A stretch of 64,000 bases of DNA from NCBI GenBank assembly GCA_964019425.1, contig OZ025800.1, positions 1,178,001-1,242,000 on the forward strand, read 5' to 3'. Positions 24,045 to 34,904 of this stretch are shown here, piece by piece. The DNA is from Flectonema sp. DT1601. Lineage: Eukaryota. A program made the translations under genes and the position numbers. Under the pieces are notes generated by a model. It was not told where the DNA came from. It did not search any database and saw nothing but the letters and a program-made list of their open reading frames with translations. Position 1 is the first letter of the stretch; each line of letters opens with the position of its first letter.

Positions 24045-24210
24045 TTAATAAGCTAGGCGAGGCGGAAAGCTAGAGATTGGTATTTATTAACCTTTCAGTC
24101 GATGCTACTTCAACAATCCATGCGAAATCTTCGGATATGGCTACGGATTGGGTCCTCTGTTACTGTGAGTTACCCTCCTAGAGCACTCATAATATACAGT
24201 AACGTTGGAT
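24045..24210. repeat. Structured dispersed repeat family A, copy 4 (most complete)
   Basis: Contains the pairs caatcc/ggattg, atc-TTCG-gat, gttactgt/acagtaac and tgagt/actca. Confidence 0.85.
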
Positions 24211-24514
24211 TATTTAACTAACTAAAATATAACAAACTATTTTCTTACTAATTGATTAACAACATTTAATTTCCAATTCAATAAACTGGATTAGGTGATC
24301 AATTGGTTGATGTTGATTTGATCATTTATTTATTTGTAATAACTTCCCCGCAAAATTACTACACTTCTGCTATTTTGAATGAAGTCCCGCAGAGCATGCT
24401 GATGAAGGTAGTAAATAGAAGAGCAGAAAAAAGAATTGTGTTTTTTTTTTCTCTGTTTTTTTTTTTTCTGAACTTTTTCTTTTTATATCTTTTGATTTAG
24501 TGAAATGTTTTATA

Positions 24515-24760
24515 AGGGCTCACGTCTATTTCGAGCAAATTCAATAACTCGATTCCGCACAACAATAAAATGACAACACGGAAATAGAGACATGTGCGCA
24601 GATAAGTTGGAGACTATCCTTTGCAAAGTGTTTTACCCGTACTAACATTACTTTAGTCAATCGTATTATAAATTAACAATGCTTGAATTAGTTAGGTTTA
24701 ATACAAAACAAATAATTTATATCATTATATAGGTATGCTCAAACACAGTTAACCTCCCTT
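24515..24760. repeat. Dispersed repeat family C, copy 1
   Basis: ggctcacg...aataactcgattccg...aatgacaacacggaaa.agaga...actaacattac.tttagtcaa...cagttaa.c.ccc, collinear with 53220-53480. Confidence 0.85.
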
Positions 24761-25984
24761 TATTAAAAACACTAGTTCTTCGACATTTTAAACCATATTA
24801 ATGATGTCGCTCTCGAAACCCATACTAACCAAATGACGACTGATGACACGGCAGTGTCCGCCTACTTCTTCGCTGAAGAAGAAAGGATTTTATTAATTTT
24901 TAGCCCGAAACCCAACAGTTATTTAGTTTGTTGTCCTTACAATTGTTTGATTGGCTGATTATTAAAAGTACAGACTACTACAGAAGGCTTCACCATGGTC
25001 ACAGTTGTATTTTAAAAAAAAAAAAAAAAAAAATCGAAAACAATTATCCCTCCTTTTAAAAGAAAAAAAAAAAGAAATACTACTCTGTTTTTCTAAACTA
25101 ATAAACAACACAGCCTTATATTGTTTTTTTTAAAATCCTCTTCTTTTCCATCACCAATTTAACGCTGTGATACCACAGCAACAGATTGACCTCTCCATTA
25201 CTGAAGGTAAGAAGTATGGGATAGAACAATGTGTTTACTAAGCTCTCTATTCAGTATCATAACTTGACTATATCCCTATGCATGTTGTTAAGTATCACGA
25301 ATTAATTGTACAATAATAAGTTGGTTAGAGTTGCGGATATCAGACTTAGCTGATTTCGTGACAGACCACACTCTGGACCTCAACATGGTTGAGGTCGTAC
25401 CTCAGTTTAAATAAAACAACATGACTTGTCTTGTTTTGCCTCCTATCGTTCGCTCTGGCAGTTGTGGCCTTGTCCACATCCCTTTTCACTGCTCTGCAAT
25501 AATACTTCAGCATCTCTGAGAGAGGCTTACCGTGATATTCGACGTGGTTGATTATAATAGATTCTCTTTGTTTTTACGGAACCTTTTCTTGAGGTAGAGT
25601 AAATTTATAGGAATTGAAAAATTACTGTAATTATATTAAACAGTTCTCAGATTACGTTCCTCGTCTTCTCTTCATGAAATTAGTTTTCTTCTCTCTGAGT
25701 GAATGGTTTGAGAATAAATCAATTAGAAGGGAAAAAAAAAAAATCAATCGGAGACCATAAACAAACAGTAAAACACTCGAAAAAAAAAAGCAACAGAAAA
25801 AAAGCGAAAAAAGAAAAATCTCTCAATCGTGATCTATCTTTTGTTTTCGTAATTCAATTAATAAAATTCATTTTTTTCTTTTTACAGCAACAGAACCAAA
25901 AGAAGTGGTACGCATAGACTAGATACATAATCAACTTGTTAAGCACCTTTCTTATATTGTATCTCATCTCCCTCATCAGGACGA

Positions 25985-26974
25985 ATGCCGTCTACTCCTA
26001 TCGCACACGCATTATCACAATGCGATGCGGAGCCAACAATATTATTAAAAGTCCAGAGATACTTTGAGGAACAAAAATTAAACACTGCTGAAGAAGTGGT
26101 AAGGAAATTCTTATCAGCCAAAGACATTGCGAGAGGTTGTGGTTGCAGTATTGAAGAAGCTCAAAATATTTTAACTGACATTGGATTGGCAACCACTCTA
26201 ATGTGTGTTGGTTTATCTGATACAGAATATACAACACCCGCGTCACTAGGATGTCCGGTACTAAATAAGTTTTTAGATGGCGGATTCCCTGTTGGACAGC
26301 TTACAGAGTTAGCAGGTCCAGCTGGTGTTGGAAAGACACAAATATTACTTCAAACAGCAATCTATTCTATCTTACCAACAGTTAGTAAGGAATTATCGTA
26401 TTCCGTTTATATCGCAACAGAGATGTTTCCAGCAACTAGAATGAATCAATTATGTACCATAGTACACAATCGATATCCTGCAGTAGTTGGAAGTGCTAAA
26501 GAATTACTTAGTAGAGTGTTGGTATCATCAAGGAGGATAAAAGAAACTCCTTGGGAACATCTTCAAAGAGCAGTATCAGACTTAACAAGATTATCTGACA
26601 CTCATTCTATCTCTTGTGTTGTTATTGATTCTGTAGCTGCAGGTTGTTGTGATTTCGCTGGGGAAGCAATGGTCAGAGCACCTCATCTATCTTGGTTAGC
26701 ATCTGAACTAAAAAGAATAGCATCAACGAACTCTATTCCAATCATAACATCGAATCATGTTGTTGCTGACTTCTCATCTCATGTTGAAGGAGCTGTCAAA
26801 CCAGCTCTGGGAACTCTCTGGTCACATCTGGTAAACACTCGTTTAATAATATCACGTTCTGCTGATAGTCAGAATTCTACTCGTCAAATATCAATTACAT
26901 CATCTCCAAGTTTACCAAAACAAGTAATTGATTACTCAATCAATATTGATGGAGTCTTTGGTATTTCTCCTTGA
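25985..26974 (+). CDS. XRCC3: RAD51 paralog, XRCC3-like
   Basis: SLGCPVLNKFLDGGFPVGQLTELAG, Walker A GPAGVGKT, YIATEMFP, Walker B VVIDS and KPALGTLWSHLVNTRL. The GCPVL and TExFP features favour XRCC3 over RAD51B. Confidence 0.75.
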   Translation: MPSTPIAHALSQCDAEPTILLKVQRYFEEQKLNTAEEVVRKFLSAKDIARGCGCSIEEAQNILTDIGLATTLMCVGLSDTEYTTPASLGCPVLNKFLDGGFPVGQLTELAGPAGVGKTQILLQTAIYSILPTVSKELSYSVYIATEMFPATRMNQLCTIVHNRYPAVVGSAKELLSRVLVSSRRIKETPWEHLQRAVSDLTRLSDTHSISCVVIDSVAAGCCDFAGEAMVRAPHLSWLASELKRIASTNSIPIITSNHVVADFSSHVEGAVKPALGTLWSHLVNTRLIISRSADSQNSTRQISITSSPSLPKQVIDYSINIDGVFGISP

Positions 26975-27101
26975 ACGTTGTCTTGTTAGTTTTCAACTAA
27001 TAACACAATTTTATTATGCGGCCTCATAAAACAAATCTCTCATACATATCGCAATTAATAGTACTTCATTGTAACCTTTTCTTTATCTTTCTCAGCTTTA
27101 C

Positions 27102-28136
27102 ATGAACCACAACATGGAACGGACTAAAAGACCATACAGAGGAGGATGGAACAGGATAATTAACCCTGCTAGTAAGTGTTATAAAGCAACAAGAAACAGG
27201 GAGCCTTATGGACCGAGCCTCGAGGAAAGACAGAAGAGAATGAGGACTGCGGTTGGGGAAATATCATTCAACACCCACAATGAGGTTTTAGAGAGAATTG
27301 AATTTGAGTTTGCGTTCCCTCCAGTTGAGGCTTATCCAGAAGGCTGGTTTGAGAAAAGTTCAACAAATGTTGAGGAAATATCAGAATGTGAGGAACTATA
27401 TAAATCCTCTCCATGTCGGAGTCTTGATGTGGATATGTCAGGTGTGAAGTCGAACTGTCTGACTGCTGAGTCAGGCAGACCTACTCCTGTTGAAGGATCA
27501 GCTATGCAGACCTCACCTTTTATTCCAACACCAGTTCGTAGACTTACTTTTAGTCTTCCGCATGCTAGTCCTGATCATCAATCGTTAGGTAATGCATCAC
27601 TACCACCTATTCCTCCAAAGTCTACAAAAGCTATTCAGAAAACACCAATTCCTGTTACACCATTTCAGTTTACTGATCCTTCTTCTAATGTAGCCAACAC
27701 TACTGGATGTATTAATAATTCACTTCCTAAGAAACTATTGACTGTCAGAAACACTTTAACTTCTCGTATTAGATCACAATCAGCAATGAAACCGGTAGTT
27801 GTAAAACCAACAGTTCACTCAAAGGTTGCAAACTACAAGCATGTTACTTCAAAGGTTCGTTCATTCACTGCCGCTGAGGCAAAGCGCGAGCGGAAACCGA
27901 TGTCACCAATTGACGCCCCTCATCAGAATGTTCAACAAACAGTTCCTTGTGTTGATAAGAAACAAAATCCTTCTTCGGTATTCACATTCGCTAAAGCATC
28001 AGCTGACAGCGACAGAGCTCGTGCTGTTGAAAAAGCAAGGAGACAAGCGGTAATGCGCAGCAGAGCATTTTGTGAGAAGAGAGAAAGGAAACATGTGCTC
28101 AAACAGACTCTTGCTAACCCTCGTTGGCATTGGTAA
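27102..28136 (+). CDS. Hypothetical protein (344 aa), largely disordered, S/T/P-rich
   Basis: Long ORF on the cluster strand, with an acceptor AG 6 nt before the ATG. No family recognised. Confidence 0.75.
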   Translation: MNHNMERTKRPYRGGWNRIINPASKCYKATRNREPYGPSLEERQKRMRTAVGEISFNTHNEVLERIEFEFAFPPVEAYPEGWFEKSSTNVEEISECEELYKSSPCRSLDVDMSGVKSNCLTAESGRPTPVEGSAMQTSPFIPTPVRRLTFSLPHASPDHQSLGNASLPPIPPKSTKAIQKTPIPVTPFQFTDPSSNVANTTGCINNSLPKKLLTVRNTLTSRIRSQSAMKPVVVKPTVHSKVANYKHVTSKVRSFTAAEAKRERKPMSPIDAPHQNVQQTVPCVDKKQNPSSVFTFAKASADSDRARAVEKARRQAVMRSRAFCEKRERKHVLKQTLANPRWHW

Positions 28137-28913
28137 GCAGCATTGTGACCCAGCGTATCAATTTGTTATAATTCATAACTTTGGCAGTTATGGAACTTAC
28201 CACAGCAATCATTGATACGACTCTTTTGTATTTTAGCTTTGAAAATATCGATCAGCTGTATGATCTCAAGCACACCCGATGAAAAAAGGAAAAAAAAAAA
28301 AAATTGGATAAAAAGTGGTTCAGCAAAAATAACTATTTACTGTCTTTAAAAAAGAAAAGAACTTTTGTACCGATTGTTAGAAATTATTTCTTAAATTGCG
28401 AAACCAAAAAAAAAAAAAAAATAAAGAATTTTTTGATTAGAATAAAACAACAGAAAAAAAAAAAAAAAAGAGAAAGAAAAATTTTAAAACTGGTGTTAAT
28501 TCGCTTCCCGCTTTAATTAGATATTTTAGACTTTTTAAAATTGTTTTTTATTTTCCCGTGTCAAAAGTTTCTGAGGTCACTAGAAGCTTCTTCGTATTTT
28601 TGTCCTCCTCGTTAGCTTAGCCGTCTGAATACTAAAATTCCCTGAAGGAATTAAGATGAAGAAGTAAAAGTAGAAAAGTATTTTCGCGATTCAAATATCT
28701 AACGAGATGGTCATCCCCTCTAAAGAAGAATTATATTAAAGTGATGACGTGATGAGATTATTTCTATTTTACAGATATGGACAATAATGATGTTTTATTG
28801 CTGTGTTAGTGTAAAACTTATGAACTCCTTCATTTTGTTATGTAGTTAAATTAAACTATTTTTTATCTCAAAAGTGTGATTAGATGAACTAAGAGTCGGT
28901 TCTGGAAGTCCTG

Positions 28914-29959
28914 ATGCTGCATAGCAACACCGCAATGACTCAGAAACAACAAGAGAGTTGGTCGATACCAAAGAAAATTAAAAAACTTCAGAGCGAACTC
29001 CTCTCTCGAGATGATAAAACAGAAAAGAGAGGATTAGAACTAATTAGGGAAGCAGTCTATGAATTGACGTCTTTCGTATTTAATGAATTAGGTGCTGCAG
29101 CAACTCACATTAAACATCAATCAGGCTTAATTAGAGATTTACAAAGTAGATTAAGTGAATCTGAAGTGAATTCCCGTAAAGAATACTCTCCCAAGTCAAG
29201 TAGAAGTGGTAGTCCACAAAGGAGGGAATTGGAAGCAGTTTCGATGGCAAAGAAGAACTTCAAATCAACTGCAGCAATCAAAGAAGTAGTGACGACTCTG
29301 GTGACGGATTTCGAAGAACTTGAAAATCGTATTGAGAAGATGGAACTCATCCAGTCGAAGCATTTGGAAATAACAAAAAAAAACGACATTCGAGCTCGTT
29401 CAATATCTACTGAAGTGTCCAAAGCTGAAGCAGTTATAGAAACTCTTAGAGAAGAACAACTTAAGTTCTCACAGGCTACTATTCAAAATAAAGTTGACGC
29501 GCTATCTAAAAACTACCGTTTGAATGATATTTCGAGTCAGCAACCATTCATTGATGCCGTTCCTTATGTCAGTCAGACCAACACCAACAAGTTGAATGGA
29601 GGTGGTGGTGGTGGTGGTGGTGGTGGTGATAACAAAATCCGAAATGAGTTGACAGCAACCAGAGGTCGAATGGATGAAATTTCACACTTCGTTGACCAAC
29701 TTCGCGTTGATTTTGATTCCAACAAACGACCAACAGAATATCGACTTCAACGCCTTGAGTCATCACTCAGTGAGTCACATTCAAAGATGCAAATCCTCAC
29801 TCGCGATACTTCGCAATTAAAAACTGACACCCGTTCAGCTGTTCAGGTTTGAACTTATTCTTTTCTTTTTCACAGCGCGGCAGCAATACTTTAACAAACA
29901 AACAAAACACCCAACAGTCGATTTCCAATTTCCTTCAAATTGCATGTCCGATGCTGTAA
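28914..29959 (+). CDS. Coiled-coil protein (about 324 aa); exons 28914-29846 and 29918-29959
   Basis: Heptad-rich ORF with a poly-Gly tract. A phase-0 intron of 71 nt (CAG|GTTTGA ... aacaaaacacccaaCAG|) adds SISNFLQIACPML*. Confidence 0.7.
29598..29627 (+). repeat. (GGT)n coding microsatellite (poly-Gly)
   Basis: gga followed by ggt repeats encoding G10. Confidence 0.9.
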
Positions 29960-30202
29960 TTGATTAGAGGATTTGATTGATGAGGTCCTTTATTATGTAC
30001 AACAGATGGGCTGAGTGGAATGTATTATTACAAATAGTCTTCGCATCAAATATTTTATTTGTTTTTTTAGAACTTCAGTTTCTGGTACGTCATACACACT
30101 CTCTATGAATGTATTTTCATAATGTATTTTTAGTTTTTTTTTCTTTCTTGTGGAATCATCGAATAAATCACAATTCACATTACCAAATTCAGCACCCCAA
30201 CG

Positions 30203-31960
30203 ATGAGTAATAATAATGTGATTCACATTCAACTTGAGGACTCCCCCCTCCCAAGAATGGTAACAAAAAGTAGAGACGTAGTATTCATAAGTTCTTTAGT
30301 ACTGGGAGTGTGTGGTATAATATCTTATTTATGTTTATTGGAATGGTCTCCACCAACTGAGAAGTGGATCACTGCTGAAGGAGTTGGATGTCAACATCCG
30401 ATCTATTGCACTGGAGAGATCCTTCGTTCTATTCAATTAGCGCAAATATTCAATGATAGTAAAACATTCGTAGACATGCCAATAAAAACATCTGTACCAG
30501 ATGTGGAATTAGCCTATGCAGCTCTCACTAATAAAAGTGATCCTGTTGAGTTGGCAAAACTAGTTGAGAATAACTTTTTAAAAGCTGGATGGGAATTAGA
30601 AGTTGTGAATGCTACTGACTGGGTTCCGAATCCGAGGTTCTTATCAAATATAACAGATCAGAAGTTAAAGACTTTCGCACGGTCAGTTCACAACATCTGG
30701 AATCACTTAATTAGAAGATTTAATACGGGTTTATTATGTCCTGACTGCTACTCCAGCATGTCTCTGCCAAACAATTTCGTCGTTCCGGGAGGTCGTTTTC
30801 GAGAATTCTACTACTGGGATACATACTGGATACTTGAAGGTCTTTACGTATCTGGTATGTATGATACCGCTAAGGGAATCATTCACAATCTAATTAGTCT
30901 CATCACAAGACACGGGTTTATACCAAATGGAGCAAGGTTGTATTATTTGAATCGATCACAACCACCGCTGTTCGCAAAGATGTTGGAGCGATACATAGCC
31001 AACACTGATGATAAATCTATTCTAAAAGATGGTGTGAAGGCAGTTCAGAGAGAGTACTATTGGTGGATACGACACCGTTCAGTTTCTGTTTTTAGTGTGA
31101 AAACAGGTAGAACTTATGTTGTCAATAATTACAATGTGACAAACATAAATGGACCAAGACCAGAATCCTACATAGAAGATGTTAACACTTCCAGGGGACT
31201 ACCAGAAAAAGAAAAGATGAAACTATTCTCAAGCATCGCATCTGCAGCAGAGTCTGGTTGGGATTTCTCATCTCGTTGGCTGTCTGACCCGACAGCGAAA
31301 ACGATTTCTTCGATCAACACCTCGGCGGTAATTCCGGTGGACTTGAATTCAATTTTATATCAAAATGAAATGCTGCTCTACACTTGGCTGCAAAATACGT
31401 CCTACTTGGAAGCAGCAAACAAGCGCAAAGCAGCGATATTTGATCTGTTTTGGTCTCCAGAGAAGTCATTTTTTGTCGACTTCAACGTGACATCTATGAG
31501 GCAGTCTCAAAGTCTATTTCCTTCTGGAGCTTGGCCTCTGTGGGCAGGTATTGAACTTAGTCAGGGAGATATGATGAAGTTTGTTGGAACAGTGAAGTCA
31601 ATGGTATTTAAAGGAGGTATTCCAACTAGTGTAACTCATACTGGTCAGCAATGGGACTTTCCAAATGCCTGGTCACCACTTCAACACGTTATGATGTTAG
31701 TTATTAAGAGTGCTTCAAAATCTGTTTCAGAATCACTTGCTAACTCTTGGTTAGCTTCAAACTACTGCGGCTGGTCTCAAACAGGATATATGTACGAGAA
31801 GTATAACGTTACTCACCCAGGTGTACCTGGATCAGGTGGAGAGTACACAGTTCAAGAGGGATTCGGATGGACAAACGGAGTCGCTCTTTGGATTCTAAAC
31901 AATTACGGTCTCAACATGACTGCTCCTGATAGCTGTATTAAGTTTAAACATAAACTTTAA
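30203..31960 (+). CDS. TREH: Trehalase (GH37) with N-terminal membrane anchor
   Basis: DSKTFVDMP, VPGGRFREFYYWDTYW, RSQPPL, PRPESY, AAESGWDFSSRW, QWDFPNAWSPLQ and GFGWTNG are all present. Hydrophobic segment VVFISSLVLGVCGIISYLCLL. Confidence 0.95.
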   Translation: MSNNNVIHIQLEDSPLPRMVTKSRDVVFISSLVLGVCGIISYLCLLEWSPPTEKWITAEGVGCQHPIYCTGEILRSIQLAQIFNDSKTFVDMPIKTSVPDVELAYAALTNKSDPVELAKLVENNFLKAGWELEVVNATDWVPNPRFLSNITDQKLKTFARSVHNIWNHLIRRFNTGLLCPDCYSSMSLPNNFVVPGGRFREFYYWDTYWILEGLYVSGMYDTAKGIIHNLISLITRHGFIPNGARLYYLNRSQPPLFAKMLERYIANTDDKSILKDGVKAVQREYYWWIRHRSVSVFSVKTGRTYVVNNYNVTNINGPRPESYIEDVNTSRGLPEKEKMKLFSSIASAAESGWDFSSRWLSDPTAKTISSINTSAVIPVDLNSILYQNEMLLYTWLQNTSYLEAANKRKAAIFDLFWSPEKSFFVDFNVTSMRQSQSLFPSGAWPLWAGIELSQGDMMKFVGTVKSMVFKGGIPTSVTHTGQQWDFPNAWSPLQHVMMLVIKSASKSVSESLANSWLASNYCGWSQTGYMYEKYNVTHPGVPGSGGEYTVQEGFGWTNGVALWILNNYGLNMTAPDSCIKFKHKL

Positions 31961-32295
31961 TCAGTCCTACCACTACTACTACTCTCTCCATATATTTATA
32001 ACTAACCCATTCTAACGTCTCCTAAGTAAATAGTGCCTCCTCTCCTTCCCTCCGACTGATAATATCAGCAGCAGTGGAATATGAGGATCACAATATTTGG
32101 TATCAAAACTATTCTGTGGAACGTTGTAAGGATAATGATATCTCGCGTGTGCTGTCTGTCCGAAACTTTCTTTTTATATTACAACTAACCTATTCACGAC
32201 GTCTCTTACTTTTCGACATGCAATTTCTTATCGTCGAGTTTTAAGATTAACACACCAGTCACTTTACAGGATAAAACATGACTGGATGAGTAACA

Positions 32296-32820
32296 ATGCA
32301 CTCACTGTTAGAAATTGAAATTTTAGACAACAATAAAATAATAACAATTGCTGAGTTGGAATCGCAGTTTACAAAACCAACTAAAGAAATTTGCGAAGAA
32401 GTTATCAAATTCGCGGAAGCCAACGAACACGATTGTCGTCTTCACTACTCAACGATGGTAGTAAATAATAATATTATTGAGTTGAAGGTAAAAGCTTATT
32501 TCACATATCAAAGACCACACTGTAACTCAACAGTTCTGTACGCAGTGTCTTCTAATAGCTGGGTTGGTAAAGATAATCAAACTGTTCTCCCCTCGGGTGA
32601 GTATCCTGTGGGAGGGGTGCCTCGAATAAGTTTGCCTCCGAGTTTTTCAACAATTCCGTTGTCGGAGTGTCCGGTTCCGTCAAAAACGAAGAGAAAATGG
32701 AATCAAAATTCCAAGTCAGTTACAAGAAAACAAAGACAGCAACAAGGACGTCAAAACACTATCGAAATTGTCGAAGTCGATGAAACAACACCTGAAGAAC
32801 CCGTCATAGTAATTGAGTAA
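32296..32820 (+). CDS. Hypothetical protein (174 aa); N-terminus resembles the winged-helix region of DNA polymerase delta subunit 3 (Cdc27/POLD3)
   Basis: LEIEILDNNKIITIAEL..EEVIKF resembles the POLD3 N-terminus. The basic and acidic tail has SIM-like IEIVEV and VIVIE. The family call is weak. Confidence 0.5.
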   Translation: MHSLLEIEILDNNKIITIAELESQFTKPTKEICEEVIKFAEANEHDCRLHYSTMVVNNNIIELKVKAYFTYQRPHCNSTVLYAVSSNSWVGKDNQTVLPSGEYPVGGVPRISLPPSFSTIPLSECPVPSKTKRKWNQNSKSVTRKQRQQQGRQNTIEIVEVDETTPEEPVIVIE

Positions 32821-33083
32821 TTGAGGGGTAGTAGTGGTTAGGATCTGAGTACTTTGATATCCGTGTCGGGCTATTTGAAATTTGTAAATTTTTGAATGCA
32901 AAATTTTCCGGAATGCGCGAGTTTTATTTTTTTTTAAACACCACTACCTTCCCTTAAAACAAATAATTAGAGCAGCCTGCAATCGTTGATAGCGATTAGC
33001 TTCATTCATCCTTTTTCTGTATTATGAAATCATAACTTCACGACAGCCAATAATAAGATCTCTTTGGTTATGACGATAATAAA

Positions 33084-34754
33084 ATGAATATATTTGTTGA
33101 GCTACCAGATGGGACTCAAGTAGAGCTTCCATCAGTTCATCCGAATTGTTCTGTAAAAGATGTGAAGGAGATGTTATCTGAGGCTGAGGGTCTTCATACT
33201 GACATTGAACTAACGTATTCTGATGAAATATTAGAAAATGATTCATCTTTATTTAGTTATGGCATCACATTTGGTGATCACATCACTGCTGGTTTATCGA
33301 AAGAACAACTGCTAAGACACAGAATTGGTATTAATAAAGTAAACCATCAAGTCTTTTCAAACTCTTTAATGTATGGCTGTGACATATGTCTTGATTTCTT
33401 TGAATTAGGATACCTCTCGCTCGGTGATGCTTTTATCCCTGATGGGCCTATTCACACACTAACACCACTTCACGTGTTGGCGTTAAGCAGACATGTTTCT
33501 CTTATGAAACAGACACTAAAAAGATACAAAGATGTGATTAATATAAATAAAATAAGAGGACTTAATCCAAGAGGAACAGTACTATACGCAGCATGCTACA
33601 GTGGAAGCGTTGAGATAGTTATAATGTTGTTGAGTATTAGTAACGTTGATGTTAACGCTGGATGTCATAACAACAATCCTTTATCATTATCGATTAGGAA
33701 ATTAAACTACGAAATAGTTGATATTTTATTATCTCATCCAAGTATTGAGTGTTTGTCTGTGGGATATAATTCTGACTTGGCTGTCGCAATTCAAACAGGC
33801 GAGATGAGAATGGTCAATCGAATCTTATCAGTTCCAAAGATTGAAACAACTCACAGCTATGTATTCGCATGCCACTTTAAGAAAATTGATATTCTCAAAG
33901 AGCTTGTCTCAGTATTAAAATTACCAATAACAACACCCACTAAGGGTTCTTCATTCCCGCTACAAGCCGCTGCTCGAAGTTGTAACATCGAAATATTTAA
34001 TTTCATAGCCGCCAGAGAAGATGTTAATTTTGATCAAATAACAGATTATGGTGAAACTGCGACTCACGCGGCGGCGGCAGCTGGATTTCTTTATGCTTTG
34101 GAAATCTTAATAAAAAAAGTAAACATAAATAGAGAATGTCACAGCGGTATGACTCCTTTAGACCACGCTGTTGCTAACGAAAAGTGGGATGCGGCAGCAC
34201 TTTTATTAAACAGCGAGAGAATAAAGATTCCTCGTAGATGTCGATTACTTCATAAATGTGTTGAGAGTGGTCATGAACGCTCTCCGTCAGTATTTGAGGT
34301 TCTTGAACTACTACTCGAGAAGGGTTCCGATCCTAATTTATATTCAGAACAAAAAAAGACTCCATTATTCGCAGCGTGTTTATATGGAAATCAAAACGCT
34401 GTTGAGACTCTGTTGTCAATCCCAGAAACTGATGTAAATCTGAGATGCCATACAGACTGGTCTCCGTTGTATATTTCTTGTGTTGCTGAGTATAAAGATA
34501 TTGTTGAGCTCCTTCTGAAGAATGAATATTTAAATATAAATCAAAAAACTGATACTGGATTCACTGCTCTTCATCTTACAGCAAGTGATCAAAGGTTCTC
34601 TTCACTGTTCAACCTGCTAATTAAAGATCAGCGGCTTTCAGTTTTAGAAACTGATAATGATGGACTTACTGCTGAGCAAGTTGCAATAAATTCCGACAAC
34701 ACTGAAGCTGCAAAGGTTTTGTCGGCTTTGAGGAATCGACTCGAACGAATTTGA
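33084..34754 (+). CDS. Ubiquitin-like domain plus ankyrin-repeat protein
   Basis: N-terminal MNIFVELPDG..VKDVKEML..LTYSDEILEND.SL.SYGI (Ubl, no diglycine). Repeated TPLH/TPLF/TALH ankyrin motifs follow. Confidence 0.9.
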   Translation: MNIFVELPDGTQVELPSVHPNCSVKDVKEMLSEAEGLHTDIELTYSDEILENDSSLFSYGITFGDHITAGLSKEQLLRHRIGINKVNHQVFSNSLMYGCDICLDFFELGYLSLGDAFIPDGPIHTLTPLHVLALSRHVSLMKQTLKRYKDVININKIRGLNPRGTVLYAACYSGSVEIVIMLLSISNVDVNAGCHNNNPLSLSIRKLNYEIVDILLSHPSIECLSVGYNSDLAVAIQTGEMRMVNRILSVPKIETTHSYVFACHFKKIDILKELVSVLKLPITTPTKGSSFPLQAAARSCNIEIFNFIAAREDVNFDQITDYGETATHAAAAAGFLYALEILIKKVNINRECHSGMTPLDHAVANEKWDAAALLLNSERIKIPRRCRLLHKCVESGHERSPSVFEVLELLLEKGSDPNLYSEQKKTPLFAACLYGNQNAVETLLSIPETDVNLRCHTDWSPLYISCVAEYKDIVELLLKNEYLNINQKTDTGFTALHLTASDQRFSSLFNLLIKDQRLSVLETDNDGLTAEQVAINSDNTEAAKVLSALRNRLERI

Positions 34755-34904
34755 ACTTTGCGTCTCTAGCCTTTATTACGTTTTTTCGTATTATTTAAAA
34801 AAAAATTTTGAATTAAAACTACTGACTAGTACGTTTTAGTGTTGACTAACGGTGGCATGAATTTATTTTTTTAAAATTATATTTTCAAAAACAGATCATC
34901 AATT

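Noticed and set aside
24836..24900. Hammerhead-like CTGATGA followed by hairpins and GAAA
   Set aside because: Stem II does not close directly onto GAAA, and stems I and III could not be formed.
31..25917. Many 60-130 aa Phe/Lys-rich intergenic ORFs
   Set aside because: They are produced by poly-T/poly-A tracts, mostly have TTG/GTG starts, and show no protein-like motifs.
32287..32289. TGA reassignment (alternative genetic code)
   Set aside because: TGA, TAA and TAG all end conserved genes at the expected positions in this window, and the long ORFs contain no internal stops.
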